Assembly (NCBI GenBank): GCA_963709585.1
Contig: CAVPXI010000015.1
Coordinates: forward strand, 1 to 64,000
DNA length: 64,000 nucleotides
Source of the DNA: Candidatus Dormiibacterota bacterium
GTDB taxonomy: Bacteria; Chloroflexota; Dormibacteria; Aeolococcales; Aeolococcaceae
Direction: 5' to 3'
The notes beneath the pieces were generated by a model. It had not been told where the DNA came from and did not search any database. It saw nothing but the letters and a program-made list of their open reading frames with translations. Positions 1 to 9,421 of this stretch are shown here, piece by piece (position 1 is the first letter of the stretch; every line of letters begins with the position of its first letter). The position numbers and the translations under genes are program-made.

Positions 1-391
1 GCGCGACCGCGAGCGCCAGGGTTGCGCCGGCGAGATATGGGCCGCGAAGCCGGGCTCCGGCGATACCGACGATCGCACCCGCGATGCCAGTCGTCGCGAT
101 CGAGGCGACGAGCATGAGCACGAGCGGCAGGTCCGCATGCCACGTGAGGAGCACCGACGTCGTGTACGCGCCGATCATCATCAGCGCGCCATGCCCGAGT
201 GAGATTTGACCGTTGACGCCGGTGAGGACGGTCAGGCCGGCGGCCGAGATCGCGTAGATGGCCACCTCGGTCACGTTGTAGTTCGTGTACGAGTCGAAGA
301 CGAACGACGTGAGCAGCAGCAGCACGACGGCCAGCGTCAGGAAGAAGAGTCCATGGCGCACGAGTGTCGAGCCACGCAGCACCGCGCTCAT
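1..391 (-). CDS. livM: Branched-chain amino acid ABC permease LivM-type (runs off window start)
   Basis: Minus strand reads ...AGLTVLTGVNGQISLGHGALMMIGAY, the LivM motif; ATG at 391 overlaps the upstream stop. Confidence 0.85.
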   Translation of the reverse strand, partial: MSAVLRGSTLVRHGLFFLTLAVVLLLLTSFVFDSYTNYNVTEVAIYAISAAGLTVLTGVNGQISLGHGALMMIGAYTTSVLLTWHADLPLVLMLVASIATTGIAGAIVGIAGARLRGPYLAGATLALAVA

Positions 392-1266
392 ACCTGGCGC
401 TGCCGTCCGAAGCTGAACAATCCCTGCGGACGGATCATGAGCACCGCAATCAGGATCACGAATCCACCGAGTGGGGCGAGATCCGCGCCAATGTAGCCGC
501 TGACGTAGCTGAGTGCGAGCCCCACGCCAACCGCGCCCGTCACCGCACCCACCGGGCTGTCGAGACCACCGATGATCGCACCGGTGAAGCCGAACACCAG
601 GACCTCGTCCATGTTGGTCGGGTACAGGTACACGGCAGGCGCGGCGAGCATCCCTGCGAGTGCGCCGAGCAGCGCGGCCAGCCCCCATCCGAGGGTGAGC
701 ATCCTGCCGACGCGAATCCCGAGGATGCGCGCGATCTCGGGGTTGAACGCGGCGGCGCGCATGCGCAACCCGAGTGTGGTGCGCTGAAAGATGAGGAAGA
801 GCAACAGCATCGCGATCAGAACGGTCCCGATCGTGAAGAGAGCGAACGGTGAGATTTCGAGCGAGGTCGTCCCGGCGACGAGGTCGATGTTCGAGACAGG
901 CACCGGGAACGATTGCGTCTGACCGCCGAAGAGCATTGGCGCCACCGCTTCAAGGAGGATGAGCACGCCCAGGCTGAGGATCACCGCGTTGAGCGGAGGT
1001 CGCGACTCCACGGGACGCACCAGGACACGCTCGGTGGCCGCACCGAGCACCATCCCGGTCGCGAGAGCGACCACGAACCCCAGCCAGTACGGTGCGCCGT
1101 GGCGGATCACGACGAGTGCGATATACGTCGTGAACATCGCCATCGCGCCCTGGGCGTAGTTGATGATCCGTGTCGCGCGCCAGATCATCACGAGCGCCAG
1201 CGCCACCGCCGCATAGACCATCCCGTTGGTGATCCCGTCGACGGTGTAGATCACGAACAGGCGCAT
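388..1266 (-). CDS. livH: Branched-chain amino acid ABC permease LivH-type
   Basis: GITNGMVYAAVALALVMIW...INYAQGA, GLRMRA, GGLDSPVGA motifs; hydrophobic. Confidence 0.92.
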   Translation of the reverse strand: MRLFVIYTVDGITNGMVYAAVALALVMIWRATRIINYAQGAMAMFTTYIALVVIRHGAPYWLGFVVALATGMVLGAATERVLVRPVESRPPLNAVILSLGVLILLEAVAPMLFGGQTQSFPVPVSNIDLVAGTTSLEISPFALFTIGTVLIAMLLLFLIFQRTTLGLRMRAAAFNPEIARILGIRVGRMLTLGWGLAALLGALAGMLAAPAVYLYPTNMDEVLVFGFTGAIIGGLDSPVGAVTGAVGVGLALSYVSGYIGADLAPLGGFVILIAVLMIRPQGLFSFGRQRQV

Positions 1267-1268
1267 GG

Positions 1269-1982
1269 TCAGAATCCCAGGTAGGCATGGCGAAGCGCGT
1301 CGTCGCCGGCGAGTCGTTCGGCGCTGTCGCGCAACTCGACCCTCCCGAGCGACAGGACGACGGCCTGATCCGCCACGGACAGTGCGGAGCGTGCGTTCTG
1401 CTCGATGAGGAGCACGGTCAGCCTGCGCTCGATCACCAGCGCCGAGAGCCGCTGCATGATCTGCGCGAGCAGGCCGGCGGCGAGCCCGAGCGACGGCTCG
1501 TCGAGGAGCAGTGCAGTGGGACGCGCGACCATCGCTCTGCCGATCGAGAGCATCTGCCGTTCGCCTCCGCTGAGGTTCGACGCATGGACGCTGCGACGCA
1601 CTCGCAGCGGCGGAAACAGCTCGTATGCCTCCTCGATCGCGACCCGCTGGTCGGCGCGATCGCGGCGCCAGAGGCCACCGAGGCGAAGGTTCTCATCGAC
1701 GGTCAGCTCGCTGACAATGCCGTGACCTTCGGGGACATGACCGACGCCGAGACGAGCGATCGCCTCGGGGGATCGGCCCACCAACTGCCGCTCGCCGAGC
1801 ATCACCGAGCCATGACGCGGTTTGACGAGGCCGGAGATGGTTCTGACCAGGGTGGTCTTGCCGGCGCCGTTGGCTCCCAGCACTGCGGTGATGCTGCCCT
1901 CGGGAACCGACAGCGACACCTTGTCGAGCGCGATGACGCCGCCGTACGCGACCGTGAGATCGCTGATCTCAAGCATGGGCAA
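1269..1982 (-). CDS. livF: ABC ATP-binding protein LivF-type
   Basis: GANGAGKTT, LSGGERQML, LLLDEPSLGL, LIEQN. Confidence 0.92.
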   Translation of the reverse strand: MPMLEISDLTVAYGGVIALDKVSLSVPEGSITAVLGANGAGKTTLVRTISGLVKPRHGSVMLGERQLVGRSPEAIARLGVGHVPEGHGIVSELTVDENLRLGGLWRRDRADQRVAIEEAYELFPPLRVRRSVHASNLSGGERQMLSIGRAMVARPTALLLDEPSLGLAAGLLAQIMQRLSALVIERRLTVLLIEQNARSALSVADQAVVLSLGRVELRDSAERLAGDDALRHAYLGF

Positions 1983-2757
1983 CCTTCTGCCCGAGGTACG
2001 CGTTGGCGACCTCGCTGTTGGCGCGGATCTCGTCGGGTGAGCCCGACGCGATCACCTGGCCGAGGTTGAGAACGGTGATGGTGTCGCTCACCGCCATCAC
2101 CATGTCGACGTGGTGCTCGACCAGCGCGATCGCCATCCGCGTCCGCAGCGAGCGCAGCACCTCGATCAGGTCGTGCACATCGGCAGCCGAGAGCCCACTG
2201 GCGGGCTCATCGAGGAGCAACAACGACGGCGCCGCCATCAGAGCGCGCGCGATGATCACTCGCTTCTGGACACCGTGGGGAAGAGCGCCCGGATACGCGC
2301 CCGCACGATCGGCCACCCCGAGCTCGGTGAGATTCGCCATCGCCTCCTCGCGAAGCTTTCGGGTTCGGCGATCGGCACTCGGGAACGCGAGCATGTCCGA
2401 TGCAAGTCGAGTCCGCGCCGGTGCGCCTGCCATCACGTTCTCGAGCACGGTGAGCGTGGGCCAGAGGCCATGCCCCTGGAGCGTGCGCGCGATGCCCAGA
2501 TGGGCCAGACGCCAGGTTGGAAGGCCGAGCAGGGATTGTCCGTGATAGGTGATCGTGCCGGCCACGGGAGTGACGAACCTGGAGATCGCGTTGAAGAGCG
2601 TCGTCTTTCCGGCGCCATTCGGCCCGATCACACCGACGATCTGATTGGCGCGCACCGTCAGTGACACGCCGTCGAGAGCGACCACGCCTTCGAAGCGCAC
2701 ATCGACCCCGGCGACCTCGAGCACGGTGGGAGTTGCGCCTGGTGTCTCTTCGGACAC
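1969..2757 (-). CDS. livG: ABC ATP-binding protein LivG-type
   Basis: GPNGAGKTT, LLLLDEPASG, VEH, C-terminal AYLG. Confidence 0.92.
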   Translation of the reverse strand: MSEETPGATPTVLEVAGVDVRFEGVVALDGVSLTVRANQIVGVIGPNGAGKTTLFNAISRFVTPVAGTITYHGQSLLGLPTWRLAHLGIARTLQGHGLWPTLTVLENVMAGAPARTRLASDMLAFPSADRRTRKLREEAMANLTELGVADRAGAYPGALPHGVQKRVIIARALMAAPSLLLLDEPASGLSAADVHDLIEVLRSLRTRMAIALVEHHVDMVMAVSDTITVLNLGQVIASGSPDEIRANSEVANAYLGQKVAHA

Positions 2758-2832
2758 GTTACGGCGACCTGTTCAACCCCATAAGTGCCCGCAGGGTACA
2801 GGGATCAGACGACCTCTGCTACGCGATCCAGG

Positions 2833-3594
2833 TCAGCGGATCGCCACCAGAACGCGATTTGCGAGGTGCTGCCAGAGCGTCCCGACCTCGACGAACCCGG
2901 CCGAGAAGAGCGCCGACCGGTGGAACTCGTAGCTGTGGCCCTCGTCCTCGTGGGGATGGTCGTGCCATCGCCGGGCGCGCTCGGCCACCTCACCGGCGAG
3001 CCCGGGCTCCGCAACCACAGCCTTCCACCATGCGTCGTAATCCTCGGCGCCCTCCGGGGCGTCGGGCCATTCGGGTCGCACCTGACGTGCTCCAGTCGCG
3101 ATCACCCGTTGATCGTGGTTGAAGTCGAGCCGGTCGCCGTCGAGAAATACCGCGCCCGGACGGAGCACTCGACCCAGCGCCTGATAGAGACCAACCAGTT
3201 GTTCGAGTCCGAGCCAGTGCAGCGCCGTGGTCGAGACCGCGGCGTCATATGGTCCGGGCGACGGCAGGGCGGACACCCAGTCGGCGCGAAGGTCAGCGTC
3301 GACGAACTGCAACTGCTTCCGCGTTCCGAGCGTCCCGCGACCGATGGCCAGGAGGACCGGATCTGCGTCGATCGCCACGACGCCCGCCCCGGTGACACGG
3401 TCTAGGACCCGCGCGCTCAATGAGCCGGGCCCGCATCCGAGGTCCAGGACGCGCGGCTCGGGTCCGGCGAAAGCCGCCACCGCATCGACCATGGCGGTGA
3501 AGCGCTCCTCACGGTCGGGGATGTGGCGCTGCTGCTGCGCGTCCCAGCGTGCCAGCCAGTTCGAGTAGTCAGTGGCGATGTTCGCGGTGCTCAT
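2833..3594 (-). CDS. Class I SAM-dependent methyltransferase
   Basis: VLDLGCGPG motif I; STTALHWL; LRPG. Confidence 0.9.
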   Translation of the reverse strand: MSTANIATDYSNWLARWDAQQQRHIPDREERFTAMVDAVAAFAGPEPRVLDLGCGPGSLSARVLDRVTGAGVVAIDADPVLLAIGRGTLGTRKQLQFVDADLRADWVSALPSPGPYDAAVSTTALHWLGLEQLVGLYQALGRVLRPGAVFLDGDRLDFNHDQRVIATGARQVRPEWPDAPEGAEDYDAWWKAVVAEPGLAGEVAERARRWHDHPHEDEGHSYEFHRSALFSAGFVEVGTLWQHLANRVLVAIR

Positions 3595-3618
3595 CTCTTG
3601 ACGCTAACGTGTATCACA

Positions 3619-4739
3619 TCACCGCCGCGCCACCGAGGGGAGTTGCAGCGTGATCGCGGTGCCATCCGCCTCCGTGCTCGTCGCGCTCACCGAGCCGCCA
3701 TGCGCCTCGACGACATCCCGAACGATCGCGAGCCCGAGCCCCGAGCCGGTAGACGACGGCCCTTTCACGAAGCGATCGAAGACACGCGGGAGCAGGTCCG
3801 CGGGAATACCCGTTCCGTCGTCGCGGACGGTGAGGCGTATCCACCCGTTGGAAGCAATCCCCTCGACACCGATGGTGCCGCCTGGGCGCGCGTGCACCAG
3901 CGCGTTGCGGACGAGGTTGCCCAGAACTCCGCGCATCCTCGCGGGATCTGCGTCCAGCGCCGGAAGGTTGACGTCGACCCGCTCGCTGAGCTGCACCCCG
4001 GCCGCCCGCGCGTCGGCTCCGAAGGCCTGCAGTGTCTCGTTGACCAGGACAGCGACGTCAATCGGCTCGCGATGGAGACGCAGCGCGCCGCTCTCGGCAA
4101 GGGTGAGGGTGCCGAGGTCGTCCACGAGCATCTCCAACAACTTCGTCGCGCTCACGATCGGGGCCATGTGCTCGGCATCGGCCGGGTAGATGCCGTCAGT
4201 GATCGCCTCCGCCTGTCCGCGGATTATCGAAAGGGGCGTGCGCAACTCGTGGGCGATGTCGGCCAGGACCGACCGGCGCTGTGTCTCCTCGGCTTCGAGG
4301 CGACCGCTCATCTCGTTCATGGCCCGTGCAAGCGAGCGAAGGTCCGACGGTCCGCGAACCGGTACTCGCGCCGACAGGTCTCCAGCCTCGATGCGGTGGG
4401 CCCCCTCGATGAGCGCGCCGACGGGTGCCACCAAGCGCCTGAGCACCAGGAGCGCCACGAGGATCGCGAGGCCGCCAAGCACCAGCGCGGTGACCGCCAC
4501 CGCGGTGTCGAACGGCGCCGAGTTGACCGCGCCGAAAGCGCTGAGCACCAGCCATACGACACCGAAGATCGCGCCCAGGAGCACGAGGAGCGCGAGGCCG
4601 ATGAAGCAACCGATGCGCCTCGCGATGCGTCTCCCGTGACGCCGCCAGTTCGGGTTTCCAGCCCACGGGCGGGTTTCGCCCTCCGGCCACCAGGGTGGGC
4701 GGCCACCACCGCTCCTCCCCACGGCGGCCCCGACCTCAT
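3619..4739 (-). CDS. HAMP sensor histidine kinase (BaeS-like); start uncertain: ATG 4739 needs one more G in the G-run near 4720, otherwise GTG 4722
   Basis: AHELRTPL H-box, NLVRNA N-box, DDGTG and GSGLGL boxes; two TM segments. Confidence 0.88.
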
Positions 4740-5426
4740 GGATCGCCTTCCACGAGGCGATAGCCGACCCCGAAAACGGTCTGCAGGTGGCGCGGTGAGC
4801 GCGGATCGTGCTCGATCTTTCGGCGAATGTTCTTGACGTGCGCATCGATGGCGCGCTCGTACGAACTCGACGGCAACGCCGTGGACCGCGTCGAGCAGCT
4901 GCGCCCGCGTGAAGACCCGGCCCGGTTGCCGGGCCATGTGGAGCAGCAGCTGAAACTCGGTCGCGGTCAGCAGCACGTCGCGACCATCGACCTCCACCTG
5001 CATGCGGGGCGCGTCGAGGACGATCAAGTCACCGACACGGAGGACGTCATCCTGCATCGCGGCCGACTGCGCCCGGCGCAGCACCGCTCGAACTCGGGCG
5101 ACGATCTCGCGCGCACTGAAGGGCTTGGTCACATAGTCATCGGCTCCGAGCTCGAGACCGGCCACCCTGTCCGGCTCGTCGGTTCGGGCGGTGAGCATGA
5201 TGATCGGCACGTCGCCGGCCCGCCGCATCGCCCGCGCGACATCGAGACCGTCCATGTGGGGCAGGGTGAGGTCGAGGATCACCAGGTCCGGACGGCTGCG
5301 CGCAAAGAGATGCAACGCGTCCTCACCGTTGCCGGCGGTCATCACCGCGAATCCAGCGCGCTCCAGGTAGTCGCGAACCAGGCGCACGATCGCAGGCTCG
5401 TCGTCGACGATGAGCACGCTGGTCAT
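4736..5426 (-). CDS. OmpR-family response regulator with +1 frameshift at 4863-4868 (probable sequencing error)
   Basis: Receiver domain (DDE, LDLTLP, GADDYVTKPF). Removing one T from GAGTTC restores ESYERAIDAHVKNIRRKIE...TVFGVGYRL and a stop overlapping the kinase ATG. Confidence 0.88.
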
Positions 5427-5483
5427 TGCGAATGCATCGTAGGGGCGACGCGGGGCGGCGAGCAGCCGCCGCCCCGGCGATCG

Positions 5484-5762
5484 TCAGACCGATTGCGGGG
5501 TGGGCGTGGATGCCTCGGCGTCCGGCGTCTTGTTGGCGGCACCGGCGCAGCCGCCACCCCAGCCCTTGCCATGGGCACCAAAGGCGCCGGGTCCGAAACC
5601 GCGCCGATTCCAGCGCCGCGGCGTCAAGCCGAGCACCCGCGGCACCACCAACGCGCCGAGGAACGTGATGATGATGAACCCGGGGTCGCGAGTGGTGATG
5701 CCCACCGCGGTTGCCGCCCCGATTGCCACGAGTTCCCAGGCGGTGCGTCCTGCACGATACAT
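5484..5762 (-). CDS. Small membrane protein, first gene of the two-component operon
   Basis: AAGGAG RBS, two hydrophobic segments, Gly/Arg-rich tail. Confidence 0.7.
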   Translation of the reverse strand: MYRAGRTAWELVAIGAATAVGITTRDPGFIIITFLGALVVPRVLGLTPRRWNRRGFGPGAFGAHGKGWGGGCAGAANKTPDAEASTPTPQSV

Positions 5763-5812
5763 GTCGATTCTCCTTGTGGAGGGTTGAACGGTACGTGCAT
5801 CACTGTCGCCGC

Positions 5813-5833
5813 CAGATGTGAATCAGATGTGAA
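5813..5833 (-). promoter_or_regulatory. OmpR-type tandem direct-repeat operator
   Basis: CAGATGTGAA repeated perfectly at 5813 and 5824 (11-bp period), about 50 bp upstream of the operon. Confidence 0.65.
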
Positions 5834-5856
5834 GCGCGGACGGAGGTCTGGCGCGC

Positions 5857-6234
5857 TCACGCGCCTTTGGCGTAGTCGCCGAAGCCCGCCCAGTCGACGA
5901 CCACGCACGCCTCGTCGCCGACGGTCCAGGCGTCGTGACCCGGCGGGCAGATCATGAGGTCGCCCGGTCCGAACTCGTCCTCGGTGCCGTCGTCCATGAC
6001 CACCCTCATCCGTCCCGAGACGAAATAGGCGACGTGGCCCGCCTGGCAGCTCTCCGTCTTGGCGATCGGCTTCACGTGCTGCGACCATTTCCATCCGGGT
6101 TCGAACCTGGCGCGACCCACCGGGCCGCCCTCGGTGGTGACGAGGTCGAGCTTGCCAGTGCCTGCTTCGAAGCGGCGTGTCTCGTCCGGCAAGTCGAGGC
6201 TCTTCCGGATCATCCGAGTGCCTGTCGTAGCCAT
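5857..6234 (-). CDS. Cupin-domain protein
   Basis: FEPGWKWSQHVKP...SCQAGH...SGRM...PPGHDAW; AAGGAGG RBS. Confidence 0.88.
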   Translation of the reverse strand: MATTGTRMIRKSLDLPDETRRFEAGTGKLDLVTTEGGPVGRARFEPGWKWSQHVKPIAKTESCQAGHVAYFVSGRMRVVMDDGTEDEFGPGDLMICPPGHDAWTVGDEACVVVDWAGFGDYAKGA

Positions 6235-6306
6235 TGCCTGTCCTCCTTGTGATGGTTGCGGATTGCTGACTGAACGCCGTCTTGGGGGCGGATGCCGACG
6301 CGAAGA

Positions 6307-7188
6307 TCAGCCGGCAGCGCCGTACTCGATGGGCCGCTGTGGATCCGCACTCCATTCCGAGAACGACCCGTCGTACACACCGGCTCCATGAACACCGGCG
6401 ATCTCGAGCGCGATCAGCGCGACTGTTGCCGACACGCCGGTACCGCACGTGGCGATCAGCTCGCGGGGCGGCCGCGCGGGGTCGACGCCCGCATCGCGCA
6501 GCAGGCGACCGATCGCCGCCGGGTTCGCGAACAATCCGGTCGCACCGTCGACAAGCTCCTGGTACGGCAGGGAAAGCGCGCCCGGGATGTGCCCCGTGCC
6601 CGCGGCTCCGGGCTCGCCGAGAAAGAGATGGCGCGGCCGCGCATCCACGAGCGTCGCCCCGTTGGCTGTTGCCAGCTGGACGTCTTCGAGGCTGCGGCGC
6701 AACGGGGCGCGCACCTTGGTGGTGAACGTCACCGCCGGTCGATCAACCGCATCCGAAGTGGTCTTCCGGCCTTCCTCGAGCCATGTCCGCCAGCCGCCGT
6801 CGAGAACGCGGGCTTCGGCTCCGTAGTAGCGGAAACTCCAGGCCGCTCGCCCCGCGAAGATGCCGTAGTAATCGTCATACGTCACCACCAGGTCGCCCTC
6901 GTTGATGCCCAGCGCACCGGCGCGCCTGGCGAACGCATGGTTTGATGCGACCTGGTACGGCACCGGGTCGCTGACATCGACGAAGTCCTTCTCCCAGTCG
7001 ATGAAGATCGCGCCGGGGATATGGCCTTCCGTGTACTCAACTCGCTTGGCGTGCGCAAGCGATGAGCTGGGATGCCGTCCGCGCACGTCGAGGATCCGCA
7101 CTCTTGGTTGATCCAGATTTGCCTCGAGCCAGTCACCGCTGACGAGTGGCCCGGGCGGCAGTCCGAGCTCGGGAATGAGTTGGGTCAT
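6307..7188 (-). CDS. Tandem-rhodanese sulfurtransferase (SseA/MST-like)
   Basis: GHIPGA twice, LDGG, catalytic loop CGTGVSA, YDGSFSEW. Confidence 0.92.
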   Translation of the reverse strand: MTQLIPELGLPPGPLVSGDWLEANLDQPRVRILDVRGRHPSSSLAHAKRVEYTEGHIPGAIFIDWEKDFVDVSDPVPYQVASNHAFARRAGALGINEGDLVVTYDDYYGIFAGRAAWSFRYYGAEARVLDGGWRTWLEEGRKTTSDAVDRPAVTFTTKVRAPLRRSLEDVQLATANGATLVDARPRHLFLGEPGAAGTGHIPGALSLPYQELVDGATGLFANPAAIGRLLRDAGVDPARPPRELIATCGTGVSATVALIALEIAGVHGAGVYDGSFSEWSADPQRPIEYGAAG

Positions 7189-7249
7189 GTGCGTGCTCCT
7201 GGTTGAGGTGTGTTGACACCGCAGACCCTAGGAGCGGCTGGTTGACCCC

Positions 7250-7289
7250 TTCTGACCGCGACCTTGCACCAACCTTGACGCTCCAGCCC
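7250..7289 (-). promoter_or_regulatory. Putative SARP operator copy 1 (upstream of sulfurtransferase)
   Basis: TTCTGACcgcgACCTTGCacCAACCTTGACGCtcCAGCCC; TGAC/TTGC units at ~11-bp spacing; near-copy at 7520. Confidence 0.6.
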
Positions 7290-7308
7290 AGCCGGAGCGT
7301 CTCGTGCT

Positions 7309-7467
7309 TCAGGCCTCTTCGGCCATCGCCATCAGGTCGTCCTTGCTGACCTCTCCCACCAGCTCGGGGTGATCGCTCTGCATGTGCACCTCGACCACCG
7401 CCGCTGCATCAGCGGCTGTCTCGCCGCGGGCGACGAAGCCACACTGACAGATGATCTGCTTGGCCAT
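7309..7467 (-). CDS. DUF1059-like small metal-binding protein (52 aa, absent from ORF track)
   Basis: MAKQIICQCGFVARGETAADAAAVVEVHMQSDHPELVGEVSKDDLMAMAEEA; GAGGAG RBS; CxC...HxxxxH. Confidence 0.85.
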   Translation of the reverse strand: MAKQIICQCGFVARGETAADAAAVVEVHMQSDHPELVGEVSKDDLMAMAEEA

Positions 7468-7519
7468 GGCTCTCTCCTCGTTGTGTCGATCCGGCCGGCT
7501 CTAGGCGGACCCTCGAACT

Positions 7520-7559
7520 TTCTGACATTCTCCTTGCCGCAACGTTGACGCATCAGCCC
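7520..7559 (-). promoter_or_regulatory. Putative SARP operator copy 2 (upstream of DUF1059, overlapping SARP start)
   Basis: TTCTGACattcTCCTTGCcgCAACGTTGACGCatCAGCCC. Confidence 0.6.
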
Positions 7560-8309
7560 TCCACCCGAATTCAGATCTGCGGGCGGCTCGCGGTCGAGAT
7601 CGCCGGTCAACCGGTCACGGAGTTCATTCCGAAGCGCCAGGGTCGCCTCCTGTTCACCTTTCTCGTGCTCAACCGTCACCGCAACTCGAGCAGGGAGGAA
7701 CTGATCGACGCGCTCTGGGCAGACGACGTGCCCCCCGACGCCGACGGTGCGCTGAGCAGCGTCCTCTCGAGGCTTCGCCACGCTGTTGGCCTCGACCGGG
7801 TCCAGGGGCGGGGCGAGATCAGACTGCTCCTCCCCGCCGATGCCTGGATCGACTTCGAGGCGGCAGACGACGCGATCCACCGAGCTGAATCGGCGATCGC
7901 GCAGGGTCGGTGGGCGCGCGCGTGGGGCCCGTCCCTGGTCGCCCTCTTCACCGCTCGCCGCGGGCTCCTGCGCGGCGAGGATCTTCCCTGGATCGAACCG
8001 CACCGGCGGCGGCTCGACGACATCCAGTGCTCAGGGCTGGAGTGCTACACCGCCTCCGCGCTTGGGCTGGCAGGCGGCGAACTCCCTGTCGGCGAGCGCA
8101 CCGCGCGCGAGCTCATCGAACACGCTCCGTATCGCGAGTCGGGCTATCGCCTGCTCATGGAAGTTCTTGCCGCCCGAGGCAATTTCGCGGAAGCGCTGCG
8201 TGTGTACGAGGAGCTGCGCACGCTGCTTCGCGAGGAGCTCGGAGCGACGCCGAGCCCACCCATCCAGGCGCTCCACGTTCAGCTGCTCAAGCAGGCTGAT
8301 GGAGTCTGA
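7545..8309 (+). CDS. SARP-family transcriptional activator (wHTH + BTAD, no ATPase)
   Basis: REELIDALW, LSRLR, PYRESGYRLLM, REELGATPSP. Confidence 0.9.
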   Translation: MTHQPSTRIQICGRLAVEIAGQPVTEFIPKRQGRLLFTFLVLNRHRNSSREELIDALWADDVPPDADGALSSVLSRLRHAVGLDRVQGRGEIRLLLPADAWIDFEAADDAIHRAESAIAQGRWARAWGPSLVALFTARRGLLRGEDLPWIEPHRRRLDDIQCSGLECYTASALGLAGGELPVGERTARELIEHAPYRESGYRLLMEVLAARGNFAEALRVYEELRTLLREELGATPSPPIQALHVQLLKQADGV

Positions 8310-8321
8310 CCGCCCGGGTCG

Positions 8322-9275
8322 CTAGCGGTACGTCACCGGGTCACGGAGACCGCGGTCGACCGCGAGCTGAAAGACGTCCGGGCGGCTGTAATGGCCGGTG
8401 ACATCGAGCGTCCGTCGTGCCGCCGCGGCACGTGCCGGCTCGATGTCGGCCATGAGCAGCCCGACCTCCTCGTGCAGTGGCCCGGCAACGATGCTCCCGC
8501 CCGGAGCGACCACCACGGAGTCGCCCGGGTTGATCCATTCGTCGGGGTCGGGAAAGAGTTGCACGCGCCCCGGAAATGACGCCGGCACATCGGAGGCGCG
8601 CAGCACGCATCCAGATCCGAGCACCCAGCACCTGCCTTCCGCCGCGATGTGCCGCATGGTGGCGATCCACGTGTCGCCCTCATCCCACGTCGACGCGATA
8701 TACACCTCGACCCCCTCGGCGTAGAGGGCGTAGCGGGCGAGCGGCATGTAGTTCTCCCAGCAGATGAGGGTGCCGACGCGTCCGATCGCGGTGTCGCTGA
8801 CACGCAATCCACTTGCGTCGCCCTGTCCCCACACCATGCGTTCGGGATTGGTGGGTACCAGCTTGCGATGCCGGTTGAGGATGGTGCCGTCCGATCCAAC
8901 CGTGACCACGGTGTTGTACAACGTCGAACGGCCGAACTCCCCCTCCCGTTCATGCAACCCGCACACCACCACGAGGTGCAACTCCGCTGCGGCCTCGCGA
9001 ACCACCTTCAAGCCGTCGGCGGCGAGGTCGACGCTGTTCTCGATCAGCCGGCGATGAATCGCACCGGTGAGGTCGTGATCGTCACCTGGGCGCAATCGCC
9101 AGATCCATGCCGGGTACCCCGGGATGAACGTCTCGGGGAAGACCACCAGTCCGGCTCCTGCCTTGGCGGCCGCGTGAAGATGCGCCACCGCGGCGTCGAG
9201 CGTCGCCGCTCGGTCGAGCAATACGGGTGCGTGCTGCACGATCGCGACCCGGACAACGACGTCCTTGGCCTCCAT
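8322..9275 (-). CDS. Carbon-nitrogen hydrolase (nitrilase)
   Basis: FPETFIPGYP, HRKLVPT, ICWENYMP catalytic triad, DVTGHYSRPD. Confidence 0.93.
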   Translation of the reverse strand: MEAKDVVVRVAIVQHAPVLLDRAATLDAAVAHLHAAAKAGAGLVVFPETFIPGYPAWIWRLRPGDDHDLTGAIHRRLIENSVDLAADGLKVVREAAAELHLVVVCGLHEREGEFGRSTLYNTVVTVGSDGTILNRHRKLVPTNPERMVWGQGDASGLRVSDTAIGRVGTLICWENYMPLARYALYAEGVEVYIASTWDEGDTWIATMRHIAAEGRCWVLGSGCVLRASDVPASFPGRVQLFPDPDEWINPGDSVVVAPGGSIVAGPLHEEVGLLMADIEPARAAAARRTLDVTGHYSRPDVFQLAVDRGLRDPVTYR

Positions 9276-9421
9276 GACCGCGACTATAGATTCGCAACCG
9301 GCGGTCGGTGGCAGGCGATGGATGCTGCCTGCTCGGGCGGTCTCGTGAACCGCGCCGGGCTCTATGGGCGCCTGACCCTTGGGCCGCCCGGCCGTGCCGT
9401 GGCCGTACCCTGTCGGACGAC

